From a virus (taxonomy: Duplodnaviria; Caudoviricetes): 53,506 bases of DNA. Position numbers and translations under genes: made by a program. Location: positions 1-53,506 of IMG/VR virus record IMGVR_UViG_3300027749_000141; one strand, given 5' to 3'. The number at the start of each line of letters is the position of its first letter. Positions within the stretch are counted from its first letter, which is position 1. Positions 53,301-53,506 of the stretch are shown in pieces. Below the pieces are notes generated by a model. It was given only the letters and a program-made list of their open reading frames with translations, had not been told where the DNA came from and did not search any database.

Positions 53301-53506
53301 TAATGTTACTTGCACCTGGGAAATTTCCCCTAAAACTGTCCAAATTATCAACGATCGAAGTTACATGATCGATCACTTCACCTAATGTAAATTCAGAAAT
53401 TAATTTATTAAACGGATTACTTTGAAGATTAACTGGAATTTCATAATACCCATTTGCGTTAATTGATTGCGAAGAAAATGTCCTTATTGATAAGACATCA
53501 GCCGGT
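41335..53506 (-). CDS. Giant virion structural protein (>4050 aa, probable baseplate wedge/hub), 5'-truncated
   Basis: Frame is open from 53376 to the window edge; FG-GAP-like propeller repeats, G.GY..AP repeats, short W..Y....V...Y modules, VKPYRTQIREY motif. Confidence 0.8.
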   Translation of the reverse strand, partial: PADVLSIRTFSSQSINANGYYEIPVNLQSNPFNKLISEFTLGEVIDHVTSIVDNLDSFRGNFPGASNIRDLGNISQFGTKFVQHSGPIGLSLYHVTSSTKNIVRALEYSRDRYNEFKRGFIITATSLGIHTDPISFVNQIMREINKDIPKNSSFYFSDMVPYGASLKTSFTVLDYRIQRYSLANVFDLSELSNKAVGVYLNDEQLLHGKDYTFDSQGFVIITATKHNDDVITIYEYESTDGNFVPETPTKLGIWPKYEPKIYLDTTLITPCLMIQGHDGSQILAYGDYRDNLILELEKRIYNNIKVKYDPTIFDIGDVVPSYNRSNDYSLTEFNEVLAPSFYKWLSHVDQDFTMPLNFNNSNPLTYNYIGQRALDNRLVPGYWRGVYRWMLDTDRPNLCPWEMLGLSEEPAWWVTLYGPAPYTADNLVMWDDISKGLLKELGKPAVKLEKYAKPFLINHIPVDSSGNVISPQASGLAFGTNVYLTDTNFKFGDVSPVESAWRRSSYYPFSVLIASMLLTPARTIGVLLDRSQIVRDLSGQIIYKASGLRISPADIVIPSTLSDNTRVQTAGLINYIVNYILSDTLKSLTEYRYDLTNITSQLCYRVGAFTSKEKFNLLLDSKNPISAGSVFVPQEDYEVILNTSSPIKKLSYSGVIITKINNGFSVKGYSKTQPYFKVFSPLNSGNTVTVGGISESYMVWSEFNTYSKDKVVQFKNNFFRVLETHDTTSVFDVKYYAKLSSLPVVGGRSAIFRTSWNKKEVVTYSYGSIFFDIQGVVDFLIGYGEYLKSQGFIFDEFNSELNRVANWGTSAREFLFWTSQNWSSSNDKWTEWSPGLLIKFNSIVRWKGEYYRAIRIVQPSLVFDPSFFEKLDGLSIVGSSVISLSPAAEKVAFSTHLSTVDDISNTFNDYEICGVDGRPVMFNFLNSFRADQSVSYSPKDNSAIYGAAFYLVQTEHVILINNLTMFNDTIFNPESGYKQDRIKVSGYVSSNWNGSLNVPGFIVDQGIVKEWNAWSDYAIGDVVKHKEFYYSANVAIAGTEKFDSSQWIKLDSKPKSALLANWTYKASQFEDFYSLDTGTFDSTQQKMAQHLIGYQKRQYLENIIQDDVSEYKFYQGMIIEKGTQNVFNKLFDVLSADNQESLTFFEEWAIRMGQYGANAAFENIEIILNEDKFITNPQGVELVNSINPKTDDFIIRQTPSDLYIKPVGYSSNPWPVANSSQFLRSAGHVRADEVQLTVKAIDDIATADINSFTEGDYVWCTFEGMSWNVYRYTDPKIKVKNIVQVGQTVVLTINRSISLPSGSYIGIKHQSTLNGFFKVILAKLNTITIKVPTTVAIEDPVADLSSTILYTFNSRKASSINTADAILPRHIGNGELLWTDNSENNNWATWKYNTVYQPGQFFNPDPAFNLEYGRGIATSTAGDIIAVSTAAGFTYIFDRSNPTTEWVYRQQIFKPFIYPNDIDGNNINTQLANNVTMSNDGRWLVTSSPFASAAFSNYVGVFSEFTAYSLNNIVLYNNLHYQAIVTTVSAKQYPSMHLDKWKKVPYIPVDLAAQTSSLLEQGVISLYEKDSNNIYQLVDSIVSPQPVNFEHFGSNIAFAGNSLLIKADGQDGKTKLYNLTYGTSFVATSSFDPNGSIGTKLVLTSIANIEVGMAIVGIGFVDGQTVTEILANSTINLSAAPTEELLGTYQFTKTEWKFNLQNTLTDDISLSHFGETIVSTIDGRVLAVSAPTPAGSTGNVYIYAAGGTGFTLVQTLGTAENINRFGTGVTISNTGTYLAISAMYNNETAILPTAGTVLIYKNSGTAGSFEYFQTLTNVSPEAFQAFGSKLYFTNDFTTLVVYSENADSYDDQTFDLDTTTFDLQSTLFRDLNFDCGRVDIYDRYDATWTFSESITTPAHINDGYGRAIAVNNHSVLVGAPYSTNGYERSGNVYEFINISKLKSWVKIHEESDNPDVFKIKQAFLYNTRTLKLLTYLDILDPIQGKNPGTADQEVKYRLYYDPAIYSTGTAASVNIDEGIAWTTVQVGQLWWDLTTAKFIDSYDTDVVYRNNTWCTLAVGASIDIYEWVESKYKPSDWDLLADTEEGLALDISGTTLYGDTAYSVKTRFDTISKTKKFTYYYWVKNKKTVPDNNSRRISAYEVSSLISNPRGNGYKFLALTGTNSFSLINVKDLLDDDNVALSIEYWTVDKTDQNIHTEWKLINSDSSTSIPATIEQKWIDSLCGKDVNNRDVPDMSLPIKLRYGIESRPRQGMFVNRFEALKQYIEQVNIVLGKNLIVDSCDITSLYLYDQVPNVIHGKYDQIIDTYEELRFILIKSYKKPELLPIIVDGKITGVEIIDSGRGYLVAPTIEVVGNGINAVVGTTINAAGRIISCEVVNSGEGYNDNTTLIVRNYSVLLLTDSQSNNVWSIYSYQPETLSWSKVISQSYDVRKYWNTVDWYASGYNQFNQITHVVDTYADLNSVSALVGETVKIRTTSSGNWVLLEKFANTDSINWTQSYKVIGSQNGTIQLSSTLYKYTSTDVGFDGIRFDGGVYDNSAAVELRLILDTIKKNILINELKSEYLNLFFSTVRYVLSEQAYVDWIFKTSFVKANHNVGSLRQLVTYKNDNLQNFEDYVSEVKPYRTQIREYVSVFSKVENTQSAISDFDLPVVYNAASKQIAPIATKLVENDELVTSNSAINEYPWKFWLDNLGFSIMSLEIVDSGSGYISAPIVTILNQHGTSATARAFITNGKVSRIILLTKGKGYRSAPTVTLDGGLNIGGSPARAVAIIGDSVIRSNLIKMKFDRLTQTYFITQLQETETFVGSGSRAQFSLTWAPDIRVGTSTVMVNGLAVLKDSYVLKIIKLTSRGYTSYQGSLIFNTPPAINSKISITYLKNWNLLNAADRAHFYYNPTSGQLGNDLAQLMGGIDYGGVIVNGLGFEFNQGWDGSPYFSDNWDSVDQSFDDYSVTVAADTYTMTLPYIPAQGTYLNVYHVQSATETFNSNGADLIYYFSNEIATPTVTVVKSTVTLPKVIATKNVVGVTTLSVNTTVGIEIGDVVSDSNQAFWTTKVTMTHTNSVSNVIFVSSTENMSINTPLLFSGKGFGGIVSGVYYVKTIVSETSLTISSSIGGAVFDIQPGVDNTTVSVGAMGIVFGTFNSNTTVVSIDNDTDVTLNQMIYADIATATTIKFTRVLTTANNIFMINDGQIELKVPVTLASDIIISGYRPAIRLDDPNYNTPLQTNDNAIMQTISASGTSDIVTIPNSLTVADGDKFIIRKSTSDGATDIKFDDYDTALSGGNLAYTTASGIAAEDIVVDGDGFITPMTSFAPDEVVPGQIVDAVAIKVFDKARNSSANINIDAYIADGALTQFEISQFANSTDAIIVKQSNALTSTVKTATADYVVDYKNRIIEFITPPTATDTITIISFGFSGEHILDINYKVSDGTLREFSTNALWEPQVSSLIYVNGEAVNAELFKIPSSSMIGFRLVELPKVGDVINYVIVEGTEQTFSTVKTQKFPATGVIEYPLTNLVGNSLPLESSMIVKIGQNILNSPNNSYFEIKNNKLNYSLDKIIIPPYSANIEHLSVFANGILLEIGIDYIVDLSGITIKINKNTYSRFVGKTLTVSVADDTGYVYIPATSTTVATLRLSQIYDIPSVIEVTTFFKHDVLDMHRSNLTVIPSATFAFDSLEYYQCTDVKTGTINLDRAVIDDRYVWVIHNGTLLIPSIDFKLNDDKTSVRIFKLPELTDNISLITFSSNVDRPAISYMQFKDMLNRTHFKRLNLSKQTWLVKELSFRDITITVNDASNFDQPTISLNKPGIIEINGERIEFFTVNGNVLGQLRRGTLGTGTPKVHPVGEFVQEISASETIPYTDSVIVEQHISDGTNIVNLTFAPTKSTDIWTYSSNFVSSIPLSYGQANDIEVFVGGYSNTEWVSGVSYSIDDVVIFGSYSYRCSIAHTSGLSFDTDKLNWVFFIGNIRLKKIPYSVHNVNTHLESPEGDIQFDADFAVDGNLKQLRLTNKLEVGTRITVVKRVGKSWDSTTSISDEESKIANFIKAVPGSWYTHGAVNTNVN

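Noticed and set aside
1-53506. Stop-codon reassignment as seen in some large phages
   Set aside because: Dense, full-length genes under the standard code; TAA, TAG and TGA all end genes at sensible positions.
1-53506. tRNA, rRNA, integrase or transposase genes
   Set aside because: Intergenic gaps are short and none shows a cloverleaf or rRNA-like sequence; no recombinase or transposase motifs recognised.

Overview
A 53.5 kb, AT-rich segment of a large (probably jumbo) T4-superfamily myophage in the standard genetic code, cut inside genes at both ends. The + strand (1-22341) carries three putative internal head/ejection proteins, a T4 DsbA-like DNA-binding protein, family B DNA polymerase and a sliding clamp. 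These are followed by a 7-deazaguanine DNA-modification cluster (DpdA/TGT-like transglycosylase, DpdL-like T-fold protein, FolE, QueE) that unusually also holds a GT-B glycosyltransferase resembling the queuosine mannosyltransferase family GTDC1/QTMAN, a purine phosphoribosyltransferase, an HNH nuclease and unknown ORFs. No QueC or canonical QueD is visible in the window. A FEN/RNase H-type 5'-3' nuclease, a MoxR ATPase plus metallopeptidase-vWA pair and ThyX end this arm. The - strand (22349-53506) is a late structural block: a >4000 aa baseplate-like protein, paralogous tail fibre proteins and a Calx-beta-repeat adhesin. It ends in a cluster with four GT-A glycosyltransferases, one carrying six near-identical DxD-less pseudo-GT repeats, behind a hairpin that covers a ribosome binding site. 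Best candidates for a new system: (1) a sugar-modified 7-deazaguanine DNA base; (2) a late-expressed glycosylation module, possibly for the virion. All family calls come from motifs read by eye and from recall; no searches were run.
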